Shown here piece after piece: positions 1-12,232 of a stretch of 64,000 bases of DNA. The position numbers and the translations under genes were made by a program. Each line of letters opens with the position of its first letter. Within the stretch, counting starts at the first letter, position 1. The notes beneath the pieces are model-generated. The model searched no databases. It was not told where the DNA came from and saw only the letters and a program-made list of their open reading frames with translations. Location: the NCBI GenBank assembly GCA_047495785.1, contig JBLDXI010000013.1, positions 3,968,001 to 4,032,000 on the forward strand, in the 5' to 3' direction. The DNA is from Lepidodermella squamata (Eukaryota; Animalia; Gastrotricha).

Positions 1-2
1 AC

Positions 3-392
3 CCTTTATCGCCGCCTCAGCGCAGCTTTGTGTCAAATGCGAGTCGTGCTGCTATGTCAACAACAACTAACACCACACAACGCCGCTCCATGCTCGCTGG
101 TAATGGGCAAAAAATCTTCAAAAAAGTCTGGCCGCTTCACATGGTCAACAACGAGCAGTGCATCAGAAAAGACCAGTTAGTCCCGGCAGCAGAACTCGAA
201 AAATCCCGCCGATCTAAACGCGACTCGTCAGTTTTGGAAGGTGAAGAAGAAATTGCCGAGGAGGAAGCAACTACTTCCAGAGTCAACCCGGTGTTCAATC
301 GAAGCGAATTGGAGGTCGTACATGACAGCGTCATGGACGATGCGGGGCCCAGTCAGCGCCAAAACGTCTTTCGAAACTTTCTCAAACGCTGA
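3..392 (+). CDS. 3' terminal coding exon of an unidentified gene (partial, runs off window start)
   Basis: Frame is open from position 3 to TGA at 390-392 (PLSPPQRSFV...NVFRNFLKR*). Composition is coding-like and drops to AT-rich sequence after the stop. No family motif recognised. Confidence 0.55.
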   Translation, partial: PLSPPQRSFVSNASRAAMSTTTNTTQRRSMLAGNGQKIFKKVWPLHMVNNEQCIRKDQLVPAAELEKSRRSKRDSSVLEGEEEIAEEEATTSRVNPVFNRSELEVVHDSVMDDAGPSQRQNVFRNFLKR

Positions 393-594
393 AAAACGGA
401 CCGATTTTGTGATTTGCAACTTAATTTCCTGCTGATTTTACGTTGAAATTCGAGAAAAATTCGCTAATTTCAGGGAGGCATTTTCACTCTCGGAAATTTC
501 TTAGATTTTTGCTCAAATCGTTTTGTTTTTAATCTTCACAACAATATTTCTACTTCAGCTAATTTTCTTCATTTTATGTAGATTTATTTAAATA

Positions 595-1071
595 ATGGGT
601 GTTAAAATTTATCGATTAAAAGAAGCTGCTTTGCGGTTTTTGTCACGAAAAAGCAAGCGGTCTTCGACTTCCACCGCTTCTTCGCCGGAGTCTATGCCTG
701 GGAATTTCACCATTTCCTCCTCAATTTTCAGCGGCAGTTGCGGTAAGGGCGGAGTGATTGGCGGCGGAAGACCGGCTTCGGTTGACGCGGCGGATGAATT
801 GGCGGATTACGTCGTAGCGTTGGAACAGAAAGTTTTCGAGGCGGAGACTAGTAAACACGCGGCTGATATGACGATCGCTCAACTTCGCCGGCAACTAGTC
901 GACCTCGAGCAGCAACGCTCGATTCTCGGGTCGGAATTGCGACGCCTCGAGTCGGAAAATTCGCACCTGCAATCGGCGATACAGGATGTTAGCAGTTGGA
1001 TCGCGAGAAGCGCCGACTCCCTTCTATCGCCCCCGGTCTCGGTCGCTTGCCGAGAGACTCAAACCGACTGA
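595..1071 (+). CDS. Small coiled-coil protein (or terminal exon) ending in an LC8/DYNLL-type TQT motif
   Basis: Heptad pattern ELADYVVALEQKV...IAQLRRQLVDLEQQRSILGSELRRLESENSHLQSAIQD; C-terminus ACRETQTD*. Acceptor-like sites at ~580 (ttttatgtag) and ~731 (aattttcag) leave the 5' structure uncertain. Confidence 0.55.
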   Translation: MGVKIYRLKEAALRFLSRKSKRSSTSTASSPESMPGNFTISSSIFSGSCGKGGVIGGGRPASVDAADELADYVVALEQKVFEAETSKHAADMTIAQLRRQLVDLEQQRSILGSELRRLESENSHLQSAIQDVSSWIARSADSLLSPPVSVACRETQTD

Positions 1072-3941
1072 ACAAAAAAAACGCGAAAAAAATCTGAATT
1101 AAAGCGGAAATCTTTTATTTTTCTTTGGGCTTTCTTAAGAGTAAAATTTACATTTTTTTCTGCTCATCATTCTTGAATGCAAGTACTCGATACTGCTGAT
1201 TTAAGATTCGTCTACCTCTTATATGCAACGGAAATTGTAAATATTTTTTTCTCCCGTACTTCCTGTTCTCTTCTTTTGACCGTTCTTGCCTTGCCTTACC
1301 TTGATTGCCGTGTGATTTATTCGAGGAAATAAACATTCCCATTCTGCTTTTATTTCGAGGTTAAAAAATGATGAGTTGTAAAATCAGCGTGTTATTATTA
1401 TTATATTGATGAAAATTTATACTTCGTTAAAGGTGCGCAATCTTTTTGTAAAAAATTTATTCGGGACCTTCATTCCAGCTGTTTATTTGCCAAACCAAAC
1501 GACTTTATTTACAACCATTCTAAGGGATTTGTAGATTTTATATCAGTGAAAGGTTGTGTAATGGCGACTTCAGAGAATAAACCTGTATTCTTTTGTTGTG
1601 GCTTCGCTTGAACGGTGCAAAAGAATGCTATATATAAAATATTGATTGATCAAAAATGCTAAAGAAATATTATATATATGTATATAAAGATATATAATTA
1701 TGTTATGAAATCAGTGGATTGTTTTTAAACAATAATTGTAGAAAACCCAGTAAAAGTCGTAATAGTGCTCACATGGTCTGCGCGTTTTGTTTACGAAAGT
1801 TACTTATTTTGCCGTATAGGTTTTTAATTACGTTCTTATTTTCATTATTAAGGGAATATTTTATAATTGTGCTTTCAGCAGAGCTTGTCCGAATGAAAAC
1901 AAAGCAGAAGAGAAGAAGAAGACACGCTCTTGAATCGGATTGCTGATTTTCACGCGCGGAATATAAGCCTACGTGACCGGCCATTATAGAATTTCTTAGG
2001 CGAATTAAAGCGAATCTCAGGCACCATGAATGTGTTTATTGTTGTTTCACGCGCGCGACGATCCAGCCTTTTTCTATTATTTGTTTATTGGGACGTCGCC
2101 ACACATGAGACCAGCAGCCGCAGTCGAAATACTCATATCGCATTCACAACAATACGAGACGCGTGAAGTGATTTCACATCAATATCACTTCCTTTTTTTT
2201 ACGGCGCGCACAAAAACTAGTAATGCGAGAAAACAGTAAATAAGTAATGTATAATATTATTCAAGAGGGAGGATCGCAGGAATTCCGCTTCTTCGATCGT
2301 AGCCTACAGCCTTTTCTTCGCTCGATTTCCGGACGTTTCGTATTTCAACTCAAAACTTGAATCACATAACGAAAAACTAGATTATTTTAGGCATGTAATT
2401 TTTTATTCCCGTATCGTCTTGACAAAATTCCCAGTGCGAATGGCGCTCAGTTTTTTCTCCCGATGATTTCTTTACATAAGGTATTAATATCCCCCACGAG
2501 CTAAAAAAAACGAAGCGGATTTGATTAGGACAAGAGCCGCGAAAAAAATCGCTAAATAATTGCATATGTAACGAATGGCGTAATCAAATTACTCAAATAA
2601 TAATAATTTTTTCGCGATGAAGAAGTACCTTGATGAAGAGTTTTTCCTCCAGTCAATCGCGCCGACTATAGATGATATTATAATTTATTACCGCGACTTC
2701 CTTCCGTCTCCACTTTTATATTACTAGTAAAATATGTCATAAAATTTTGTCGGATTAATGGTGTGTACACAACGCCCGCAAAAAAAGAGAAGAAGCTGCT
2801 AAGAGAGGGGAAGATGCCCGAGCACTGGGATCGATAAATACACATCGCGTTCGAGATAGGCGGTGATTGGCCCATACGCTACAATGCCTACGAATAGACA
2901 CATAGTATTATGGCATAAATAGCTGAATACTTTACGGCGTATTATTATACACGTGAAAAATATGCATCGCACAATTTTTGTACAATATAGATTTTACGAT
3001 GTCAATATGGGGGGCTTGTAAAAACGAACGCCAGAGCCGTATAATGCATGTTGTATTATATAATAACATGTAATTTTTACATTGATAGAAAACCCGCCCC
3101 AAAAGTAGGCAACTAGACGGCCACAAAAGCGCTCGTGCGCGTATGCTATATTCCGCTCTATATCGAATCGAAGGCGCGCGCGTGTTATTTTGTCCATCCA
3201 TCGTCACGCATATATTCGGGCTGGCGACCGGCGTCGTTCGATAAAATTTGACGCACATCGAGTTATATTTGTTCGCTGTCTAGTCCTGCGTCGCGCACGC
3301 CCTTCTATGCACATGAAAGTCATATTATCATCGCACAAGTTGTAGCAAATTTACGACTAATATTAGCTGTATATTATCACACGCGGCAAGTGGCCCTCTG
3401 AGTGACATTTGGTGCCAACTTGCCAAGTTGTATTTATGTCTCAACTCTAGCAATTTACTTATTAGCCAAGCGTTATTTTTATTTCATTCCCCCCGCCCAT
3501 TTCCAACTCTGGACCTCGCGCTTAATATACACGTAGAATATTCATACGCCAATCAAACCGCCTGGTGTTTGTTTTCCGGCTTTTCGCCGCCATGTATAAA
3601 AACAGCTGAGAAAAAAATTGGTGAAATCGTGCGCGCCACTCGATGGCAATACTTTTGTCGCCGTTGCGGATATAAAAAGTCGATTGCAAAAAACACACGT
3701 TTGCGCACGCGCGTTTTTTCCCCTTCTTTTTCTCGGGTGATCAAATTTCTTTGTGCGATGTTATAGCGCGCGACAAATTGCACTTCTTTCATTATACTAT
3801 TATTATAAACGCGGAAAAATGTATATATCGAACATTTAAAAAACTCTTTCATTGTGTGTGCTATATAGGAGTAATAATTTATTCTAGAGGCGCTAAAAAA
3901 CTCTTGTATAATTAACGAAATTTTCGAGGCCTGCTCTTGAC

Positions 3942-6900
3942 ATGGAGGCTTTTGCGGCGTTACGCAAAAGGGCTGGATCCATGTCCATGTCCGATAGCTT
4001 ATCAACATTCGGCACCGGTACTAAGAACCTACTGTCGACGATCGCTACGAAGACTAATGAAATTGTCAACGTCGCTGATCCGTCCCAAATGGATCAGCAG
4101 CAGCAGCAGCAAATGCCGAATAATATGCGCCAGCAACAACAGCAGCAAGGTGGCATAAAAAAAGCGATTAGCATTTCTGATGTTTCGTCCGAGTATGAAG
4201 ACGCGAATCGAAATTACCGCGCTGCCGCTCAACAAGCGGTCCAGAACACGCGTCAACAGCAGCAAATTCAGCAGGATTTTAGGCAAATTACCTCGGCGAT
4301 GAACTCGATGATTGATGGCGATCAGGGTTATTCGAACCAGCAGCAACAGCAACAGCAACAACAGCGAATGGGCTATTCCTCGAAACAGCGGCAGCAAATG
4401 CCGCAACAACAGCAGCAACAGCAAATGCCGCAGAATTTTTCGCCTCAACCACAGCAACAACAGCAGCAATTTCGTCAACAGCAACCTGTTCAGCAGCAGC
4501 AGCAACAGCAGCAAATGAGGCAATCGATGAATAATGGTGGGGAAATTGAACAGCAAAGGGCGCCTAATCAGGCTGGGATTGGCGGGTTTCTCGGCGGTTT
4601 GAAGTCGTCAGTTGGCGGTATAATTCCGGTTATGGGCAACGATGCGCCTCAGCAACATCAGCAGCAACCGCCCCAACAGCAAAAACAACCGCCTCAGCAG
4701 CAACAACAACAACAGCAAATTCAACAACAAACGCAGCAGCAACAAGGTGCCCAACCGCAGGTAAATTCTTTTTTTTTCGGAAAAATCGTTAAATTTAGAA
4801 GAATTTTGAAAAATTGGCTTCTGATTTTCCGGAAATTGAAATGATTTTAACGCGGTGTTGTATTTCGAGCTGGCATTTCCCTGGATTTGTTCTCGCATAG
4901 CCGCAGGGTTTTAAAACTTGAGATCATGTTTCGGAGACATAATATATTTTCCATTATATTTTAGATCATTTTCACGATGTTTGTCTGGAAACTGAAAACT
5001 TCCTGTTAGGCCTATAGAGTATTCTGCCAAATAATGAGCATGGGAAAATATTTAAATTCTCGTTTTTTGTTCGGCAAACAAAGTAGTAGTATTATTATTA
5101 TTGGGAAACCGCAGGTTTTTAGACCATTACTATGCGGAAGTGGGCACGGAAGGAGCATGAAAACTAATGCAAACATTGATAACAATTGGTTGTTTGGTCA
5201 CGAACATTTTCCGCGGATTCAAATTTTAAATAGCCGCATTTGTCATAAAAAAAAGATGAAAATTAAAAAATTGATTAATTAATTTGGGTTTTCGTGTGTT
5301 TTTTTCAGCAGCATCAACAAGGCGGCTTGATGGGCGGTCTGTTTGGAGGTTTGAAGAATCCGCTGAAAGACGACGGAATAATGGGTCAATTTAAGACGTT
5401 TGTAACCGATAACGAGATTGTCGGTCAGTTGAAGGAAGGCACTAGCGGCGTTGTTGGGCAGTTCAAGTCGGCAGTTGACCCGAATGCGAAGCAGCAACCA
5501 GCCCAGCAGGCTGAGTCCATCCCACCCGAGGCGTCACTGCTCGGCAAAGTCCACCGCGAGCAGCCTGTTATGCCTTATCACCAACAGCAGCCGGATAATA
5601 ATTACTTACTGCAAAAAGCAGGACCGGCGATGCAGCAACAACAGGGTGGGCGGGGCGTGGCGATGAATCAGCAGCAACAGGAGATGGGTGCGGATTTGTC
5701 GACGAGCCAGTTGGGGCGGGGCCAAAACGCGGCTGGGCGGGGTGTCGCTGGGGTGAGGCAACCTGGGCCTGGTATGCAGCAACAGCAGCAGCAACAAAGG
5801 CAACCGGGTGTATCCCCGGGTGGGCCGAATGCGAGGATGCAGGGCCCCCAGCAGCCGAGACCGCAAATGCAGCAGCAACCGCCGCCTGCTTACGACGCTG
5901 AAGAGCAAGATTTGAGTGCTAGGCGGACGTCAGGTCCGATGAATATGGGTAGAGGTGCCCAGCCGCAGCAGCAGCAGAGGATGGCGGCTCCTCAGCAACA
6001 GGGTGCTGTCGGCAGGGGAGGTCCGGCGGGTGTCCGGCAGTCCCAGCCTCAGCAGTTTCAGCAACAGCAACAGCCTATGCAGCAGCAGCAGCAACAACAA
6101 CCGGTGTTGTCAGCGCTTCCTATCGACCCAGATGAGTCGACTTTGAGTGATGCTGCTCTCGATACGGCAGATACAGCCTCTGATGATTCATCGTACAGGT
6201 AAATTTGAGGTTAAATTAAAGCGAGCGAAGTTTTCCTAAAATGGGCAAAAATTTAGTGTAAGATCTACAAGTGATGATTTAAAAATGAAAAATTGAGAGA
6301 AATGAAGCAATCTAGTTGCGATTAGAAAGAATGATGAAAAACTGATCAAATGTTTAAACTACTCCTACAATATTTCCAAGTAGTAGTTTGAAATCGACCT
6401 TTTGAAATTCGACTTGATTCTAGGGCTGATTGCGGTAAGATCGGAAATGGGTCCTGTGGTAATGAATATTTGGCATCATTCGTTAGGATTTGCCAGCTAA
6501 GCTGTATTTAATGGCAATTCTGAATGTAATTAGACAGTCTAATAACGATATTTCTACATTTCGAAACTCGGCTCTACTCGGAACTATGCTCAAAATTTAC
6601 TATCAAAGATGTCGAAAAAGGCGGTTAACACCTCATCTTGATGAAAAAATTAGCAAAACTGCACAGCAAGTTCTATTTAATGCCCCTGACAAGTCCTTAC
6701 TTTTACAAAATCGTATGGGTCTTAATTTCAGCGGAACCAAATTTGACTGTAGCGGAATCAAAATTGCCTGTTAGTGGAACCGAATTTCGTAATTTTCAAA
6801 TCTTACCGCATAACGCCTGTCGAATTCCAAGATTCCGTTGATTCCTAAATTTCATCGTTGAAAGCGCGCCCTATGTAAAAATATAGGCCAAAAGCGATGA

Positions 6901-9900
6901 AAATTGCGAATATTGATCATTTTTTATGTAGCGATGTCCTCATATATAAATTTGTTAGCCGCGTTTTATTTGTTTTTCCGGGATCTAAATTTGAGGTACA
7001 GTCAATAAATTAATGTAACCAAATTAGATTTTTTTGTTCACATTCCCAGAGCGAATTTTTTAGCAACCGGTGCTAGTAAAAAATCCGCCCCTGGGAGCAA
7101 ATGGCTTCTTTTTTAGCTCAAACCGCAAGTGATGCCATATTTTATCGGCTAATCAATAAAACACCGAATATTTATAAATTACAATAATTCGACTACGAGG
7201 CGCACTTGTATTAAAGTGTTCTCAAAAAAATACACTTTGGCATAAATAAATTTTTGCAATACTACTGTATAATCGGCATTTTTGCAGTTGGTTAAAACAA
7301 GCGCTTTGTTTTTACCGCCCCGCTAAAATCGCCACGAGTTGTGTTTGCGAGCAAACAATAAAGGCGCGCCGCGATTCGATCCCACGCGCGCGGCAAACAA
7401 CAATAGCAGGGTGTGATTTTTCAAAATGCATAGCCCGCAGCAAGTGTCGATGAGCCCTAGCCGGCAGCGGCGAATGATGAATACACCTAACTCACCTGTC
7501 ATGTTTCACCAAAACAGCGCCTCGCCGCAGAAAGCCGCGCAAATTCGCCAGCAAATGGTAGTTCAGCCGGGCATGCCGCAACAGACTGGGCCGAAAATTC
7601 GCCCGGGCCAGGTGCAACAGGTTGCCGCAGCGGCGGCGGCTGATTTCACGACGCCCGCCTCGCCGAAAAATGTCGCCAATAATCGACCTGCGATGCAACA
7701 GCAGCAACAGCAGCCGGTCGAACCAGCAGCTGCTGGGTTCGATTACACGGCCAAGTACCAGCAAAAAGTTGCGGGTCGTGGGCAGCAAGTTGCGGGCAAC
7801 CAGCGGCAACAGGACTTGTCGATCGAAACCGGTGTTATCGACATGGCTCCGATTTCCGTGTCAACCGTCACCCCTAACCGGGCGACGCCGGGTCAAGGTC
7901 GAGGCCGAGCGCAACAACAGCAATTACCACCCCAACCCCAGCCTCAGCCCGAACAGCTAGATTTGACCGAGCCTGTTATGGAGCCATTACCGATGGGCCG
8001 TGGGCGGGGGGTGAATAGCCCGGCCCTTCGGCAGATGAACCAGCCGTCACCCGGCGACCTCACCCGGCAACAACAGCAACAGCCGACTGGATACCAGCAG
8101 CAACAATTCGAAAATCTACCTGAGGATGCGTCGAATCTATCTCGACCCAGGCAGCAACAAAACCAGCAGGCTAAGCCGGTTGCTATGGGCCGCGGGGTGG
8201 CTCTTCAACCCGAACCTGAAGCCGTTCCAATGGCCCTATCTACCCCTCGAACGTCCACCTCATCCGTAGCCAAACCGGTACCGATAACGCCTGAACCAGT
8301 TGCCGATTATTCGTCGCCTAACAATCTAGCGATGAAGCGAAATAACAATGGCCCAGCTGATTTTTCGTCGCCGAAAGCAGCGCCGATAGGCCAGGAGCAG
8401 GATTTGTCGTTGGGTCGGCGGAAATCGACGAGTTCCGAGAATCCGCCTATCCCGAGCGCTGCGACTCAATTTTCAGTCATCACGCCGTCTCCTGTACCTA
8501 GCCAACCCCCGACCCCTGCCCCTGTCCCGGCTCCTGAGTTGGAGGGTGTTCTAAACCTGAGCAGCGGCAAAAAACGGCCGCAAACGCAGACGCCTACGCC
8601 GATTGGTGGCGCGTCGGCCGGTTTTGCTAGCAGTGATAGTCTTTACGACCAGTCTGTCAGCGATGAAGTTCGCCAAATCGGCCAATTTATCGAAGACTTT
8701 GTGAAACGCGTTTTTGAAGACACGTGAGTTTAGGAATTGCTGCGATTTCAGTCAAATTAGAGCTTTTGATTTTCTTTTCAGAAGCGTTGTCGAAGAGGTC
8801 GAGATTGAATTCGTCGAAAACACTTTCTGCCAAAATGCCTACCATCGGCGAATCTTCGTGAGAACTATCGAAAGCAAGGTAAAATTTAAAATATTCGACT
8901 ATTTTGTTATATTTCTATTTTTGGAGAATTGAATGAGTAATTTCCAACTTGAAAACTGGGTTGTAATATGGAATTCATTATTTGAACCAATTCATGGAGT
9001 TATAATTTAGCTAACTTCATATTTCACACCGAAACCCAGCTCGCCCTAGAGGCGAAAACTTGCAAGCTTTGATTAGAGTCCATATTAGCGTAATTTCTTT
9101 GATTGCAAAATCTGATGACAATCCCGATAATTTCTAGTAGCTTTCAGCGCAGCGCATCTGTCTATCTGGTTACTCCTGTCAGGTGCAACTAGCTTTTTGC
9201 ACCTGAGCTAGGGTTGAGAATTGATGTTCTATCGAATAAACGCACCGGTTACGCCTGGACTCCTTAAACAGGGGTCGTTGGTCCTTTTTTCAAGGATCGC
9301 CGAGCCAGCTCGTGGTCACGGGGGTCGCCTGATGACTTCAATATAACTAAAGATTAGATAGATCGGGCTCATTTTTCGTTCACTCTTCTAGGAAAAGCTT
9401 TAAAAATTGCGGCAGCTTAAGCTTTCTGAAGTCTTTTGAAGGTTGAAGTTTAAGAGCTCAGTTCTTGTGAAAATTGAAGAAAAACGTGAAAAATAATTAG
9501 TTTTGATATTTTGAAGGTAGAATTTCGCAATTTTAGCATCTTTGTCTATCCGTAAGAATTGATTAAAATTAAAAATGTCTAAGGGGTCTCAACCTTACTG
9601 AGCCTTTCTATTTTTGGGTCGCCGAAGCTTAAGTTTTGAGAAGCCCTGTATCACTTATTTCAGAAGCTTTTTGAATCATTCGATTCATAAATGAAATTTC
9701 CCCGAACGTCTTGATCGTATAAATTGAACTTTGGACAATTTCAGTGCCGGTATTCACCTTTCTAGGGTGAAATACAGCAGTGGGATAAAGCTGTATCTTT
9801 ACCATGAATAGCCTGCAGCAGTTCACGCTCACGTGCTTCGTCTTGAGATGATTTGATTTCTCAAAACTTTCTGCTACGTATTTCACTCCCTAAAACCACG

Positions 9901-10810
9901 TGTTTCGCTCATTTGAGGTCAATTAATTTCTCGACGGATCCTTTACTGATATAAGCCACACACATGTGTGCATACGAGATATCTAATTAAGAGGCGACCT
10001 ATGACATTTGACCTTATCGCAAAAAAATGAACAGTATTAGCTGATACCCGAGTTCTTGTCCAGCAAAGATTGAGTTCGAAATTTATCAAAATCGCGTCAT
10101 AACTAAATTCGAAAAAAGGACCGAAAGAAAGGAATGACATTGACCTTAATTTCGTGATTTTTTCTCATCAGCGCGGCGATCGTCGAACGCTGCAACCTAT
10201 CGTATTCTTCCGCCTAGTCCGCCTGTTTACTACCTCATTGCTATCGGCCGGTGACATGGCCGATTTCGTTGTCGCTCGCTCGCTCATGAACATGGCTTTC
10301 ACGTTCCGATGCGAACTGCCGAACCACGTCGCGGCTAATGAACGCGCCGCCGCTAATACCAACAGCAAACTCGACGTGACGTCAGCGCAGGCCGAAAATC
10401 ACCGCATCTGGCTCTACGACTTCCTTAAAGGCATGCCGATATTTCGGCTCGAAAAATTCTGGGAAGACATTGCCCACGGCATGACCACAGGCAATAACAC
10501 GGGTCGAAATCGCGGCCGTGCCGTCGATCCCAACTTCATCTACGGCCAATTAAGGTAATATAACTCAATTTTAATTGAATTGATCGAAAAAAATCCGATT
10601 TTTATCAGTGGACTATGCCGCAATATGAGATCTGTCGGCCTCGAGCGTGAGTATGTCCATCAATTTATTCGAAAAACCGCTGCTGCTGAATTTACCGATG
10701 GTAAGTCCTTGCCGCGAAATAACTTGGACAGTTACTTATTTTTCTGTATTAAACTAGAGCAAATATTCGAGCTACTCGAGAACGCTGAGCCATGGCCGGC
10801 AAATTCGTGA
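3942..10810 (+). CDS. PolyQ/low-complexity protein with C-terminal KIAA0513/SBF2-type domain, 7 exons, ~1,207 aa
   Basis: Phase-consistent exons 3942-4760, 5309-6198, 7434-8723, 8782-8878, 10172-10554, 10609-10700, 10758-10810 (3624 nt). C-terminal FIEDFVKRVF...RRIFVRTIESKR...FFRLVRLF...DFVVARSLMNMAFTF...WLYDFLKGMPIFRLEKFW...YGQLSGLCRNMRSVGL...EQIFELL matches the KIAA0513/SBF2 domain pattern as I recall it. Confidence 0.8.
4095..8170 (+). repeat. Dispersed CAG/CAA (polyglutamine) tracts in exons 1-3 of the KIAA0513-like gene
   Basis: Many mixed CAG/CAA runs of 4-9 codons, e.g. 4338-4364, 4489-4515, 4694-4717, 6079-6100. Confidence 0.9.
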
Positions 10811-12208
10811 AAAGACATGATTATTTTCAAACGTGTGCTACCCTTCCCGCTATACACTATACTGATTACTGCCATTTATGGTGAAAAAAAACCTGTTTTT
10901 TTTGTAATCTACACGGCCTAGGTGTTTAATTCACCGGCTTTAAACGAGAGAAAAGCCTATTAATTTGGGTGATTAATGCGATTTGAGGAAAAAAACGCGC
11001 AAATACACTCATGCAAGACTTGTCATCGGCAACACTAGTATATAGCAAAAAAATGTCGTCCTAATGATGATTTATAACATTTGACCCTTTTAATTACACG
11101 CGGCGGTTGTCATAATACAACGATGACCGTGCGATAATTGTACCAGAGCGAAAAAAAACAGTATTTTTCTTTCACGATTTCTTACCTGTGTAGAATATGT
11201 TATAATATCAGGATCTCATTTTCAACTCTTGTGCAAACTTTTACCATACGGCTACTATTTTGTCAGTTCTGAAACGGGTCACCAGCGCAGATTTATTTTC
11301 CTTTCTTTTCTCTCTCTCTTGCTTTTTAAACGTATTTACGCTGTTTACTTTTTGTTGCAGCCACTTTAGTACCTTCATATTCATTTTACCTCGCTATACT
11401 CTCTTGAAATCATCATCTGGTCTGTTGTTCGCGATTATATTCAGTCTCTAGTCAAAACTATTATTTGCCGCAATTTTAAATAGGTGCAATCAAATTGTTC
11501 ATGTTTCATAGCAGCAGCAGAGCGCTTTTCAGTCAATTGTCTCATTGAACAACTACAATTTTTGAATCCCGATTATGACCTGAAAAATTCCAATTTTTGT
11601 TGACTATTATTTCGCCTTTTTTACATGCGTAGCGTGAGAAGAGTTGATGGTAATGATGTGTATTATAATGATAATGCTTTTGCAAAAAAAAACGCGCATT
11701 GAAGAATGGATAATCCCATATATACCACTCACAAATATTTGCGCTGGATCGATCGATTCGGCTGCTCAGAGCGCAGTTGGTAATGATGATGAAATATTTG
11801 TAAATTTATTATTATGATGAAAAAAATGATAGAGTAAATGTCGTTTGATGATACAAGGAATTACACGCATTTATTTATATAATAATTTCTGCTCCGTGGC
11901 TACGCAGCTAAGAGGCAAGGGATCGATTTCATTGCGCCGTTGGTGCAGAGATAATGCGGAAGTTTTCAAGGGACAGTGCAAGCTGATAATAAAGAAATGG
12001 GGCACTGAAAAATTCTCAATGAAAAATAATAAAGAGCAAGGTGTTTTTTTTGAGCGGGAAAAAATACGGTCAAAAATGTGTGACAGGTTGTCGGCTGGTT
12101 CCTGTTTAAGAAGCCGTGCGTGAAAAACATAGTTTGACTTGATCGAATTTTTTGCGCCTCCCTAGGGACTCGTCATGGCAACAAAATCGTTAAAAACAGT
12201 GCGTGCAA

Positions 12209-12232
12209 AATAAAATAAATAATGAATTTATT
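12209..12232. terminator. Candidate overlapping poly(A) signals for the convergent KIAA0513-like (+) and CK1 (-) transcripts
   Basis: aataaaataaa on + immediately followed by tttatt (AATAAA on -), between the two converging stop codons. Confidence 0.3.

Noticed and set aside
4029-7960. Leu-rich antisense and Ser/Asn-rich alternate-frame ORFs over the polyQ gene
   Set aside because: Shadows of CAG/CAA repeats; no independent coding evidence.
9268-9648. Possible hAT-type MITE in intron 4 of the KIAA0513-like gene (cagggg...gagaagccctg)
   Set aside because: Termini match only 5 nt and no 8-bp TSD is visible; too decayed to call.
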